Positions 17,812 through 25,968 of a DNA stretch of 32,000 bases are shown here, one piece after another. The stretch covers positions 268,174 through 300,173 of the forward strand of contig DASYXK010000021.1 in assembly GCA_035935115.1 (NCBI GenBank). The letters run 5' to 3'. Source of the DNA: Nitrosopumilaceae archaeon. GTDB taxonomy: Archaea > Thermoproteota > Nitrososphaeria > Nitrososphaerales > Nitrosopumilaceae. A program made the position numbers and the translations under genes. Within the stretch, counting starts at the first letter, position 1, and each line of letters opens with the position of its first letter. The notes beneath the pieces are model-generated. The model searched no databases. It worked only from the letters and a program-made list of their open reading frames with translations, and was not told the origin of the DNA.

Positions 17812-18726
17812 ATGATTTTAATAAATCCGCTCCAAGTTTTTTTATGGACATTTAGACGTGGAGAACGCGATGTTGTGAATCTTTACAATTCACTATCTCC
17901 GCTAATGCAACTTGCTACTGATAACAATATGCTTAATTTTGGATATTGGAAAAATAATCCTGCAGATCCACTTGCAGCACAAAATGAACTGTGTAAACTA
18001 ATTGGGGAGATTGCAGATTTGGATTCTACAAGTATTGTCATAGATGTAGGAAGTGGTTTTTCTGCACCTGCAACATATTGGAAATCACAATATGGAAATA
18101 TCAACATCACATGCATAAACACCAATTTTCAACAATTAGTGTTATCAACAAAATTAATCGGTAACAATATTTCAGATATGAAAGAGAATTCGTATGCTCT
18201 TTTACAGACAGATGATATTAGATTTGTAAATGCAACTTCTACCTCCTTACCTATTTCTAACAGTTCTGCAGATAGAGTAATCGCTTTAGAGTCTGCACAG
18301 CATTTTAGGCCGCTAAGTCAATTTATCAGAGAATCTAAAAAAGCGCTAAAAAATAACGGTATACTCATCATTGCAATGCCGGTTACCAAAATCCCATCAA
18401 AACTAGCATCATTTATGAAACTTGGTATTCTTTCATTAACATGGGCATCAGAACACTACAGTCTGGATCAAGTCAAATCTGCAATAATTAATGAAGGATT
18501 CCATATTAGTGAGATTCAATCAATTGGTCCTTACGTGTATGATCCCTTGGCTGACTATTATATAAAAAATAGAAAATATCTTAAAGAAAGGGTTTTGAAG
18601 AAATATCCTTCTTATCTTGAAAATATTCTCTATAGATCATTATTAAAAATGAAGCAAGTATCCCAGAAAGGAATCATCGATTATGTATTGATAAAATGCA
18701 GACCGAATGGTACTAGTCAGAAATAG
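17812..18726 (+). CDS. Class I SAM-dependent methyltransferase (small-molecule MTase-like)
   Basis: LNFGYW preceding motif I VIDVGSGFSAP, and the post-I/II pattern ADRVIALESAQHF...LKNNGILIIA, are typical of Methyltransf_11-type enzymes. Confidence 0.8.
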   Translation: MILINPLQVFLWTFRRGERDVVNLYNSLSPLMQLATDNNMLNFGYWKNNPADPLAAQNELCKLIGEIADLDSTSIVIDVGSGFSAPATYWKSQYGNINITCINTNFQQLVLSTKLIGNNISDMKENSYALLQTDDIRFVNATSTSLPISNSSADRVIALESAQHFRPLSQFIRESKKALKNNGILIIAMPVTKIPSKLASFMKLGILSLTWASEHYSLDQVKSAIINEGFHISEIQSIGPYVYDPLADYYIKNRKYLKERVLKKYPSYLENILYRSLLKMKQVSQKGIIDYVLIKCRPNGTSQK

Positions 18727-18816
18727 ATGGTTATGCGAACAGTTTGCTAGTTTATATAAAAAAACACGCTCATCAAAGAATAAAAATTAATATTTTCAAA
18801 TATACAGGTGTTAAAG

Positions 18817-18978
18817 ATGGGTCTTTTTAAGAAAAAGGAAGTTGTTGGAACAAAATGTAAAGAATGCGGTTTAGAGTTAAATGATCCTGAAAGACTAGAA
18901 AGGCATATGAAAAAAGCTCATCGTCATCCTTCCCAAAAAAACTTTGACGAACCAGGCAGCGGTGGGGGAATGTGGTAA
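18817..18978 (+). CDS. Small C2H2-type zinc-finger protein (53 aa)
   Basis: Hand translation: MGLFKKKEVVGTKCKECGLELNDPERLERHMKKAHRHPSQKNFDEPGSGGGMW*. C-x2-C-x12-H-x4-H spacing. A GGTG Shine-Dalgarno-like element lies 6-10 nt upstream of the ATG. Below the track cutoff. Confidence 0.5.
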   Translation: MGLFKKKEVVGTKCKECGLELNDPERLERHMKKAHRHPSQKNFDEPGSGGGMW

Positions 18979-18984
18979 AATCAC

Positions 18985-19611
18985 TTGGTCGCACTTGAGA
19001 TATTAAATAATCTGATAAACTTTATAATTTCAACAATTTCTGGTTCTGGATATATTGGCATATTTTTGCTCATGATTGCAGAAAGTGCGTTAATACCAAT
19101 TCCAAGTGAAGTAATTATGCCATTTTCTGGGTATCTTGTTTCCTCTGGCAAGTTCAATGTAGCATATGTAATAATTGCAGGCTCTATAGGAAATCTAGTT
19201 GGTTCACTTGTTGCATATTATATAGGCTTTAGACTTGGTAGAGAATTTATTTTGAGATATGGGAAATATGTATTGCTTCGAAAAAGTCATCTTGAGCTTA
19301 CAGAGTCATATTTCAAAAAATACGGAGATAGATCAACTTTCATAAGCAGGATGTTACCAGCTATTCGAACTTACATTTCATTGCCAGCAGGGGTGGCAAA
19401 GATGAACCTCAAGAAGTTCATCATATACACTCTGATTGGTTCTATAATTTGGAATTCAGCTTTAACATACATAGGAATACAACTTGGTCAGGAATGGAAA
19501 AACATTCTGCATTATTCAGATTACTTTGATGCAATTGTAGTAATAGGTGTGATAGTTGTAATTGTGATCTTCGTGCGAAGTAGAAGAAACAAACCTACTG
19601 ATGCACTTTGA
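18985..19611 (+). CDS. DedA/SNARE-associated family membrane protein
   Basis: GYIGIFLLMIAESALIPIPSEVIMPFSGYL, plus RMLPAIRTYISLPAG, is the DedA signature. It needs the TTG start at 18985, 7 nt after the zinc-finger ORF, since no upstream ATG precedes the conserved N-terminus. Confidence 0.85.
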   Translation: MVALEILNNLINFIISTISGSGYIGIFLLMIAESALIPIPSEVIMPFSGYLVSSGKFNVAYVIIAGSIGNLVGSLVAYYIGFRLGREFILRYGKYVLLRKSHLELTESYFKKYGDRSTFISRMLPAIRTYISLPAGVAKMNLKKFIIYTLIGSIIWNSALTYIGIQLGQEWKNILHYSDYFDAIVVIGVIVVIVIFVRSRRNKPTDAL

Positions 19612-19612
19612 A

Positions 19613-19894
19613 TTAACATTCCTTTAATCTTTTTAGTTCTTCTAGAATAATTTTCAAAACTTTATCATTGTCAAGCAACACGTATGGAATTTCATTTTCT
19701 TGACAGCCGTTACCGACTTCTGTATCTTCTGTTACCACAATCATACCATTTACTTCGGCATATTTGATAATGGAGTAATCGCTTTGTAATTTCTTCCCTT
19801 CCGCAATTAGTTTTTTAACACTATATGCTTCATAACCGCATTCTTTTAATTTAATATCAAATCCATCATACATTGCATCTACAAGTATTTTCAT
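19613..19894 (-). CDS. PIN-like Mut7-C/DUF5615-type domain protein (93 aa)
   Basis: MKILVDAMYDG...LKECGYEA...SDYSIIKYAEVNGMIVVTEDTE follows the Mut7-C N-terminal PIN-like pattern (LVDxM..L...GYD....D..I...A...G.I.LT.D). Confidence 0.5.
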   Translation of the reverse strand: MKILVDAMYDGFDIKLKECGYEAYSVKKLIAEGKKLQSDYSIIKYAEVNGMIVVTEDTEVGNGCQENEIPYVLLDNDKVLKIILEELKRLKEC

Positions 19895-20047
19895 TTCTTC
19901 ATACCATAGAATTGAAAATTACTATTTGTACGCTTTGTTTGTATACCATGGAAAAGAACAAAAATACAGTTTTAGAGAATGAATTTTTGAAGTAGGTTTG
20001 AATTAAATCATGTAAAATCACATGAAGGCTCGTTTCACAAATAAGTG

Positions 20048-20055
20048 TATATAAG
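20048..20055 (+). promoter_or_regulatory. TATA box for the CorA-like gene
   Basis: tatataag is centred about 26 nt upstream of ATG 20077. The spacing fits an archaeal TATA-to-TSS distance and a leaderless mRNA. Confidence 0.45.
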
Positions 20056-20076
20056 TGAGATTTTTTCTATTGCCAC

Positions 20077-21129
20077 ATGATAAAGGCTCTGAGTGTTGCA
20101 GGTTTACAATTAGATGGAACCCCTTTCAAAAAACCAAGTATTCAGCTTGAAGAAGCAATTCTAGAAATATCACATGGACATTTAACGTGGATCGAGTGTG
20201 TGGTAGATAATATTGTCAATGATACTCCTACAGTTCTTCAAAACCTTGGCATTACTATGGATCCTTCAGTTCTTCTTTCTGGTTATGTTTCAAGCTATGA
20301 AGATAAAGAAGATACACTTGGTGTGATGCTCCCATTTGTTATAACTAGTGCAAGTAAGACTCAAACATCGCCTCTCTTGATATTCTTAAAAAAAGATCTT
20401 GTTGTTACAATCCATGATGACTATGGTGGAAAGATAACAAGACTATACAACTATTCAGGAACGTTATTAAGAAAACTTCCAAAGGAACCAGAGCAGTGGG
20501 CTGATAGGCAGACTATACTTTTAGCAAGAATAATTGATGAGCTAAGTGAGACAAACTTTTCCATTTTGCGTCTAATAGTAGAAAGGGCAGAACAATTTGA
20601 AATTGATCTTGCAGGTTCAAGACAAGTAAATCGAGACATTTCACTCGAACTATCTAATATGAAGACGTCACTTCTTACGTTCCTTAATGCAGTCTGGGCT
20701 ACCTACGATACTGTTCACAACCTGAAATACGGTGATGCAGAGATGGTTTCAGATGATGAATCTATTCTTACCAAGTTTGAAGTTATTCTTGGAAGACTGG
20801 ACAGACAGATCCAAATGTCAGAAAACATCATGCAGATGGTGGCTACCGGTGCCAATGTAATCCAAACCGAAGTGACAAACAAGGTTACCGTTCTCATCAT
20901 TTGGTGGACAGTAGCTGGAACTGCAGAATTAGTACCTAATACAATTGCAACTGTTTTTGGTCTTTTACCAGGTCATGAACAATTATTCCCTTGGTTACTT
21001 AGCACAATAGTCGTTTCAGCTGGACTTGCCACAGTTGTAGCATATCTATATGTGAGACGTTTCTTTGGGCAGACTCTTAGTATGAATAAGTTAAGAAGGC
21101 TAAGAAAGAGATTAGTAAAATTCCATTAG
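20077..21129 (+). CDS. CorA-superfamily divalent-cation transporter-like protein with a non-canonical pore motif
   Basis: 350 aa with a CorA-like layout: a cytoplasmic N-domain (HLTWIECVVDN..., PLLIFLKKDLVVTIHDD), long helices, two C-terminal TM helices and a basic tail. FGLLPG (20956-20970+) sits where CorA has YGMNFxxMPE. Confidence 0.5.
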   Translation: MIKALSVAGLQLDGTPFKKPSIQLEEAILEISHGHLTWIECVVDNIVNDTPTVLQNLGITMDPSVLLSGYVSSYEDKEDTLGVMLPFVITSASKTQTSPLLIFLKKDLVVTIHDDYGGKITRLYNYSGTLLRKLPKEPEQWADRQTILLARIIDELSETNFSILRLIVERAEQFEIDLAGSRQVNRDISLELSNMKTSLLTFLNAVWATYDTVHNLKYGDAEMVSDDESILTKFEVILGRLDRQIQMSENIMQMVATGANVIQTEVTNKVTVLIIWWTVAGTAELVPNTIATVFGLLPGHEQLFPWLLSTIVVSAGLATVVAYLYVRRFFGQTLSMNKLRRLRKRLVKFH

Positions 21130-21197
21130 GTTAAAAAATTATGAAATATAATCTTTAGAATTAGATTTACCAAAATTTTATATTAATCAAATTGAGA

Positions 21198-21587
21198 TTA
21201 AGGCGTTGTTCCCCAGCCACGTGCAGTCAGTGCTTGTGCAATCTGAGAGCTTACACATGCAGGCGAACTATCTTCTTTCTTGATAATTAGAGCAAAACCT
21301 TGACCACATTGTACGCTTTTTGCAGAAACACCTGATTTGAGTTGTTGCAACGGAGATAGTACTTTATGTATGTTTGTCATAGTCATATTTCCAGTCATAT
21401 TTCCAGTCATATTTCCAGTCATATTTTTACTAGCAGTAACAGTTGTATTCATTTTCACATTAGCACCCATGTTAGCATTGTCAGCATATGCGTTATTCAA
21501 AAAGCCAATCACGCCAAGAGCAGTTACTACAGATAGACCTGCAAATAAAATCATATAAGACAAAAATCGAAGATTATTGACCATCAA
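21198..21587 (-). CDS. Secreted/anchored protein with an NxT-rich (NMTG)n repeat and a C-terminal two-Cys domain
   Basis: N-terminal signal/anchor LSYMILFAGLSVVTALGVIGF, then NTTVTASKNMTGNMTGNMTGNMTMTN. The C-terminal domain is SVQCGQGFALIIKKEDSSPACVSSQIAQALTARGWG. Confidence 0.7.
   Translation of the reverse strand: MMVNNLRFLSYMILFAGLSVVTALGVIGFLNNAYADNANMGANVKMNTTVTASKNMTGNMTGNMTGNMTMTNIHKVLSPLQQLKSGVSAKSVQCGQGFALIIKKEDSSPACVSSQIAQALTARGWGTTP
21376..21426. repeat. 12-bp tandem repeat (gtcatatttcca), about 4 copies, in-frame inside CDS 21198..21587
   Basis: Three perfect units lie at 21382-21393, 21394-21405 and 21406-21417. They are flanked by partial units 21376-21381 and 21418-21426. 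On the minus strand they encode NMTG repeats. Confidence 0.9.
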
Positions 21588-21667
21588 AATGTGATGTAAA
21601 TATGACTATTAAAAGAGTTTCTATAATTATAGGTTGAGTATTTTGACAAATATATAAGAAAAAGAGC

Positions 21668-21883
21668 TTAGCTCAAATCTTTCTGCTTTATTCCACTTGT
21701 TTCGATCTCATACCTAAGCGGTGGTGGCAATTCATGATATGCCTTGTCTACTAGAATCTTGATTTGATCATCTGGTACCTTTACCAACCGAAGCAAGTTA
21801 CCACGTTGATGCGCATACGCATTCTTCCAGAATCCAGCACCGTCAAATGTGCCTATTTTTGGCAAATATTTAGAAGATTTCAA
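21668..21883 (-). CDS. Hypothetical protein (71 aa)
   Basis: ATG ORF on the same strand as the neighbouring secreted protein. No recognisable motif. Overlapped by a less plausible plus-strand ORF, 21764..21958. Confidence 0.4.
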   Translation of the reverse strand: MKSSKYLPKIGTFDGAGFWKNAYAHQRGNLLRLVKVPDDQIKILVDKAYHELPPPLRYEIETSGIKQKDLS

Positions 21884-22013
21884 GTGTTTTTAGCATTAGC
21901 CTGTGCTTGTAATCAACTTTTTGCCAACAAAAAACTTGATCTCTTATCAAATTGGTAAAAATCAAGATTCATAAACAGATTCCACTACTATACGAAGAAT
22001 TACGGAGAAATGC

Positions 22014-23726
22014 ATGAAAAATTTTGGCACCTTAGAATATGTTCTTGATAGGTTTTCAAGAAATTGGAGCTGGAAAGTAACTGGTCCTCGTGCAGTAATA
22101 ATGGTATCAAGGGTAATACCGCAATCATGGTATGGAGATGGCCCTAATGAAGCAATAATTCCAGATACTGGTCAAAATGTCCAGAAGATAAAATGGATTA
22201 ATGACAGATACCCATTGGAAATACTTTCAAAATCAACATGGAGTAAAAAGATCGCACATTTCCGTGAAAAAAAGAAAAAGCCAAAGAAAATTGAAAAATT
22301 ACATCAGGTAAATCCAGGAAAACAATTCAAAGGAAATCTTCTTAATTTCCAAAAAGAAGGACTAGACTTTTTATTAAAATCATCAGGAAATGCATTACTT
22401 GCCGATGAGATGGGTCTTGGAAAAACTGTTCAGACACTTGCTTATCTTGCTACAGAGAATCAAACTTTTCCTGCGCTTGTAATAGCGCCTCTGGTCACTT
22501 TGAATAACTGGCAACGTGAAGTTGGAAAATTCTTGAAAAAAAGGAGCAAAAACGGACGATTATTAGAAAATCACGTACCAACTTCTACCCTAATACGAAA
22601 TGGAAAATCACAAGATTTGGGCAAGTTTGATTTCTATATAATCAACTATGATTTGCTGCACAAAAGAATAGATGATTTATCAAAACTAAATCTAAAAACA
22701 ATTATCTGTGATGAAGTTCAACATCTTCGTTCAAAATCTACAAAAAAATATTCAGCTGTTAAAAAATTAACTGGTTTGAAATCTGTCAAATACAGAATAG
22801 GTCTTTCTGGAACACCAATTTACAACCGTGGTTCTGAAATCTGGCCCATAGTTGACATATTAAGACCTGGTCTACTTGGTAGTTTTAAAGAGTTTTGTGA
22901 GTATTTCTGCTATGTAAATGAAAAAGGAAAGGCCATAGTTCTTGAAAACAAACGCGAAAGTTTGGGAGATGAGTTAAGAAAACATGTTATGTTAAGGAGA
23001 AAAAAATCAGATGTTCTAAAAGAGCTAAAGGACAAAGTTCGTTACAAGGAAGTAATTGACGCAGACATTAATTACTACCAAAAAGAGCTTGACAAGATAT
23101 GGAAAAAATTGGAAGAAGATCAAAAAAATGCTGAAACTGCATTTGATAAATTTACTTCATATAAGAGAGCCATACAAAGCGAAAGACAAGCAGCTGGAAT
23201 TGCAAAACTTCCTCATGTAATAGAATTTGTAAAAAACATTATGGAAATAGAAGAGAGTGTCATCGTATTTTGCCACCACAAAGCAATTCACCAGCTTCTT
23301 CACAAGAGTCTTGGAGAATATGCACCTGCATCAATAATTGGAGGCCAATCAGACAAGGAAAGACAAAAACACATAGACATGTTCCAGGCAGGTGAAACAA
23401 AACTAATGATTGCAGGTCTTAGAGCAGGAAATGTAGGAATTAACTTGAGTCGTGCAAGATATGTTATTTTTGCAGAATTAGATTGGAGTCCTGCCATTCA
23501 TAGACAGGCTGAAGACAGATTGCACAGGATTGGACAAAAAAATACAGTTTTTGCATACTATTTGATAGGCAATGGCACACTTGATGACCATGTAGCCAAT
23601 GTCTTGGTAGACAAGAGCTATGAGATTGATGCCATAATGGATGAAAAAATAGAATCATTTGAAAACAAGGAAAAAGCAGAACTAATCCTAGCACAAATTC
23701 ATGACAAGATAGCCTCCAAGCAATAA
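22014..23726 (+). CDS. SNF2/SWI2-family helicase (DEAD-like helicase N + helicase C)
   Basis: Motif I LADEMGLGKTVQT, motif II CDEVQHLRS, motif III LSGTPIYN, C-terminal AGNVGINLSRARYVIFAELDWSPAIHRQAEDRLHRIGQ. The N-terminal 100 aa or so are unassigned. Confidence 0.9.
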   Translation: MKNFGTLEYVLDRFSRNWSWKVTGPRAVIMVSRVIPQSWYGDGPNEAIIPDTGQNVQKIKWINDRYPLEILSKSTWSKKIAHFREKKKKPKKIEKLHQVNPGKQFKGNLLNFQKEGLDFLLKSSGNALLADEMGLGKTVQTLAYLATENQTFPALVIAPLVTLNNWQREVGKFLKKRSKNGRLLENHVPTSTLIRNGKSQDLGKFDFYIINYDLLHKRIDDLSKLNLKTIICDEVQHLRSKSTKKYSAVKKLTGLKSVKYRIGLSGTPIYNRGSEIWPIVDILRPGLLGSFKEFCEYFCYVNEKGKAIVLENKRESLGDELRKHVMLRRKKSDVLKELKDKVRYKEVIDADINYYQKELDKIWKKLEEDQKNAETAFDKFTSYKRAIQSERQAAGIAKLPHVIEFVKNIMEIEESVIVFCHHKAIHQLLHKSLGEYAPASIIGGQSDKERQKHIDMFQAGETKLMIAGLRAGNVGINLSRARYVIFAELDWSPAIHRQAEDRLHRIGQKNTVFAYYLIGNGTLDDHVANVLVDKSYEIDAIMDEKIESFENKEKAELILAQIHDKIASKQ

Positions 23727-23733
23727 AATATTT

Positions 23734-23895
23734 TTAATCTTCTTTTACTTTGTTTTTATCAAAGAAATCCTGCGGTTCTCCTAGCCTTTGGGTTAACCAG
23801 TTTTCAAGCTGTTTTATGATTTCTGCCTTTGTGAATTTGCCATCTTTTGTGACAAAATGATCTTTTTTAGATTCCCTGAATTTTTTATAATTCAT
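23734..23895 (-). CDS. Possible small hypothetical protein (53 aa)
   Basis: Hand translation: MNYKKFRESKKDHFVTKDGKFTKAEIIKQLENWLTQRLGEPQDFFDKNKVKED*. It is the only sizeable ORF in the 354-nt gap between the SNF2 gene and tbp. An alternative start lies 12 nt upstream (23907). Unsupported beyond ORF integrity. Confidence 0.3.
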   Translation of the reverse strand: MNYKKFRESKKDHFVTKDGKFTKAEIIKQLENWLTQRLGEPQDFFDKNKVKED

Positions 23896-24047
23896 GTTGT
23901 TTAACATTGTTTTATACCATACCCTAACAGATGTAGTTTTTGCTTTATTTTGATGATATGTTCTAATAAATTACATATCTCAAAAAATTCTAGAGCCAGA
24001 GATTATATCTAAAAATTAGATCATTTGTATAACAAATACTTACCGAG

Positions 24048-24056
24048 TATATATAA
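24048..24056 (+). promoter_or_regulatory. TATA box of the tbp promoter
   Basis: tatatataa is centred about 29 nt upstream of ATG 24081, implying a leaderless or very short-leader transcript. Confidence 0.5.
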
Positions 24057-24080
24057 CGGGTACATGCCGAATAGTCAGAT

Positions 24081-24638
24081 ATGCCTCAAACTAAGCCAAT
24101 GGTAAGTATTGAAAATGTCGTGGCTTCAGCATCTGTTGATCAAAGACTTGATCTCAATGAAATCACAAAAAAATTCCCTGATACAGAATATCACCCCGAA
24201 CAATTTCCAGGACTAGTATTTAGAATAAAATTGCCAAAGACTGCAACGCTAATCTTTAGTTCTGGAAAGATGGTTTGCACTGGAGCAAAATCTACAGAAC
24301 AGTCAATTAGTGCAGTAAGAAGCGTGGTACAAAAACTTCGAAAGGGCAAGATAAAAGTAAAAAATGATCCTGTCATAACAATTCAAAATATCGTAGCCTC
24401 TGTAAACCTTAATGGAAAAGTTCATCTAGAAAGAGCTGCAAGAAGCTTGCCGCGAAGCATGTATGAGCCAGAACAGTTTCCAGGACTAATACATAGAATG
24501 CTTGATCCGAAAACGGTTATTCTGATTTTTGCATCAGGAAAGCTTGTTTGTACGGGCGCAAAAAAGGAATCTGATGTATACCGGTCAGTAAACAATCTGC
24601 ATACGATGCTTGAAGAAAAAGAATTAATGATATACTAG
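24081..24638 (+). CDS. tbp: TATA-box binding protein
   Basis: 185 aa with two direct TBP repeats: IENVVASASV...YHPEQFPGLVFRI...LIFSSGKMVCTGAKS and IQNIVASVNL...YEPEQFPGLIHRM...LIFASGKLVCTGAKK. Confidence 0.95.
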   Translation: MPQTKPMVSIENVVASASVDQRLDLNEITKKFPDTEYHPEQFPGLVFRIKLPKTATLIFSSGKMVCTGAKSTEQSISAVRSVVQKLRKGKIKVKNDPVITIQNIVASVNLNGKVHLERAARSLPRSMYEPEQFPGLIHRMLDPKTVILIFASGKLVCTGAKKESDVYRSVNNLHTMLEEKELMIY

Positions 24639-24646
24639 TGACAAAC

Positions 24647-24652
24647 TTTTTT
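24647..24652 (+). terminator. Oligo-T tract after tbp
   Basis: A tttttt run 9 nt after the tbp stop (TAG 24636-24638). Confidence 0.35.
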
Positions 24653-24891
24653 CTTGATTTCTAAAAGTATCAAAGACACTATGTTTTGAAGATATAGACA
24701 ATGTGAAAATACTAATTTTATTCGCATTTTGGTTGTAAATAAAACGATCCGATTAATTATCGGTAAAAGCATTTCTAGTCTACGAAAAAAAATACACAAA
24801 TCACATATTGTGTTGATGTTAAAAATAAAATTGAAATCATATTGAAAAATAATGTAGTATCATTTCCAATAAAACAGATCGTGATTATGAG

Positions 24892-25968
24892 ATGACCGAC
24901 CTTTACCGCGTACTACCAGATGAGATGGACAAGCTCGTCATTGGATTGGGCCAGCCGCGTTACCGTGCAGACCAGTTGCTCCGTGCACTATATCACGATT
25001 CTCCCAAGGACATATCTGATCTGCACCAGCTCCCCACACCTATGCGAGATGCACTCATTTCAGCAGGGTACACTATTGGTTCTGCAAGCGAAGCTTATCG
25101 TGTTGCAAGTGAAGACATGCAAACAACAAAGTTGCTCCTCAAGTATAGTGACGGTACTATGATCGAGACTGTGCTTATGCAGTATCCATCAAAGACCAAA
25201 TTTCATCCTAGGTCTACTGTCTGTGTTTCTACTCAAGTTGGCTGTGCTATGGGTTGTGTATTTTGTGCCACAGGACAGATGGGTTTTAAACGGAATCTAC
25301 AAGCAGAGGAAATTGTTGCACAGGTACTCCACTTTGCTCGTGTCCTCCGCGAAAGAGAAGAACATGTCACAAATCTTGTTTTCATGGGCATGGGTGAACC
25401 GCTGGCAAATTATGCCGAGACCATCCGTGCTGTAAGACTATTGACACATGCACGAGCATTTGGGCTGGGGCAACGAAGCATAACCATTTCCACAGTAGGG
25501 GTCATCCCGTTGATAGACCGTCTTGCTGACGAGCAACTCCAGATTGGACTAGCTATTTCTCTTCATGCACCAAACGATAAGCTGCGTCGCAAATTGGTGC
25601 CAACAGCTGGGCCACATTCTGTCGAGGATTTGTTCTTGGCATCAAAACGCTACTTCAAAAAAACAGGGCGCCGCATTACTTTCGAATATGCCATTATCGA
25701 TGGCATCAATGATTCTCCCGAAGTTGCAGTTGAGCTAGCTCAGCTCTTAAAAGGCAATGGCGCTCATGTAAATTTGATTCCTGTAAATTCTACTGCAGGT
25801 GATTTTCAGCGTCCAGAGCGACGGCAGATATATGAATTCCAGCAAATTCTCCGCAAAGGTGGTGTTAACTGCACTGTGAGGGTGGAGAAGGGATCGGAGA
25901 TCTCTGCAGCTTGCGGTCAGCTGCGGACAGATATGGTAAATAAGATTACAAATTCAAACATAGATTAA
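24892..25968 (+). CDS. rlmN: RlmN/Cfr-family radical SAM adenosine methyltransferase (23S rRNA A2503 / tRNA A37 type)
   Basis: 358 aa. The radical-SAM cluster motif CAMGCVFC (C118-x3-C122-x2-C125, nt 25243-25266) is preceded by the conserved Cys111 (STVCVSTQVGC) at the same 7-residue spacing as in E. coli RlmN. Also GMGEPL, and the C-terminal catalytic Cys341 in SAACGQL. G+C content is much higher than the flanks. Confidence 0.9.
   Translation: MTDLYRVLPDEMDKLVIGLGQPRYRADQLLRALYHDSPKDISDLHQLPTPMRDALISAGYTIGSASEAYRVASEDMQTTKLLLKYSDGTMIETVLMQYPSKTKFHPRSTVCVSTQVGCAMGCVFCATGQMGFKRNLQAEEIVAQVLHFARVLREREEHVTNLVFMGMGEPLANYAETIRAVRLLTHARAFGLGQRSITISTVGVIPLIDRLADEQLQIGLAISLHAPNDKLRRKLVPTAGPHSVEDLFLASKRYFKKTGRRITFEYAIIDGINDSPEVAVELAQLLKGNGAHVNLIPVNSTAGDFQRPERRQIYEFQQILRKGGVNCTVRVEKGSEISAACGQLRTDMVNKITNSNID

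Noticed and set aside
24920-25435. Off-frame plus-strand ORFs 24920..25162 and 25223..25435 inside the rlmN-like gene
   Set aside because: These are a by-product of the high-GC, stop-poor composition of the foreign gene. The rlmN frame carries all the conserved motifs.
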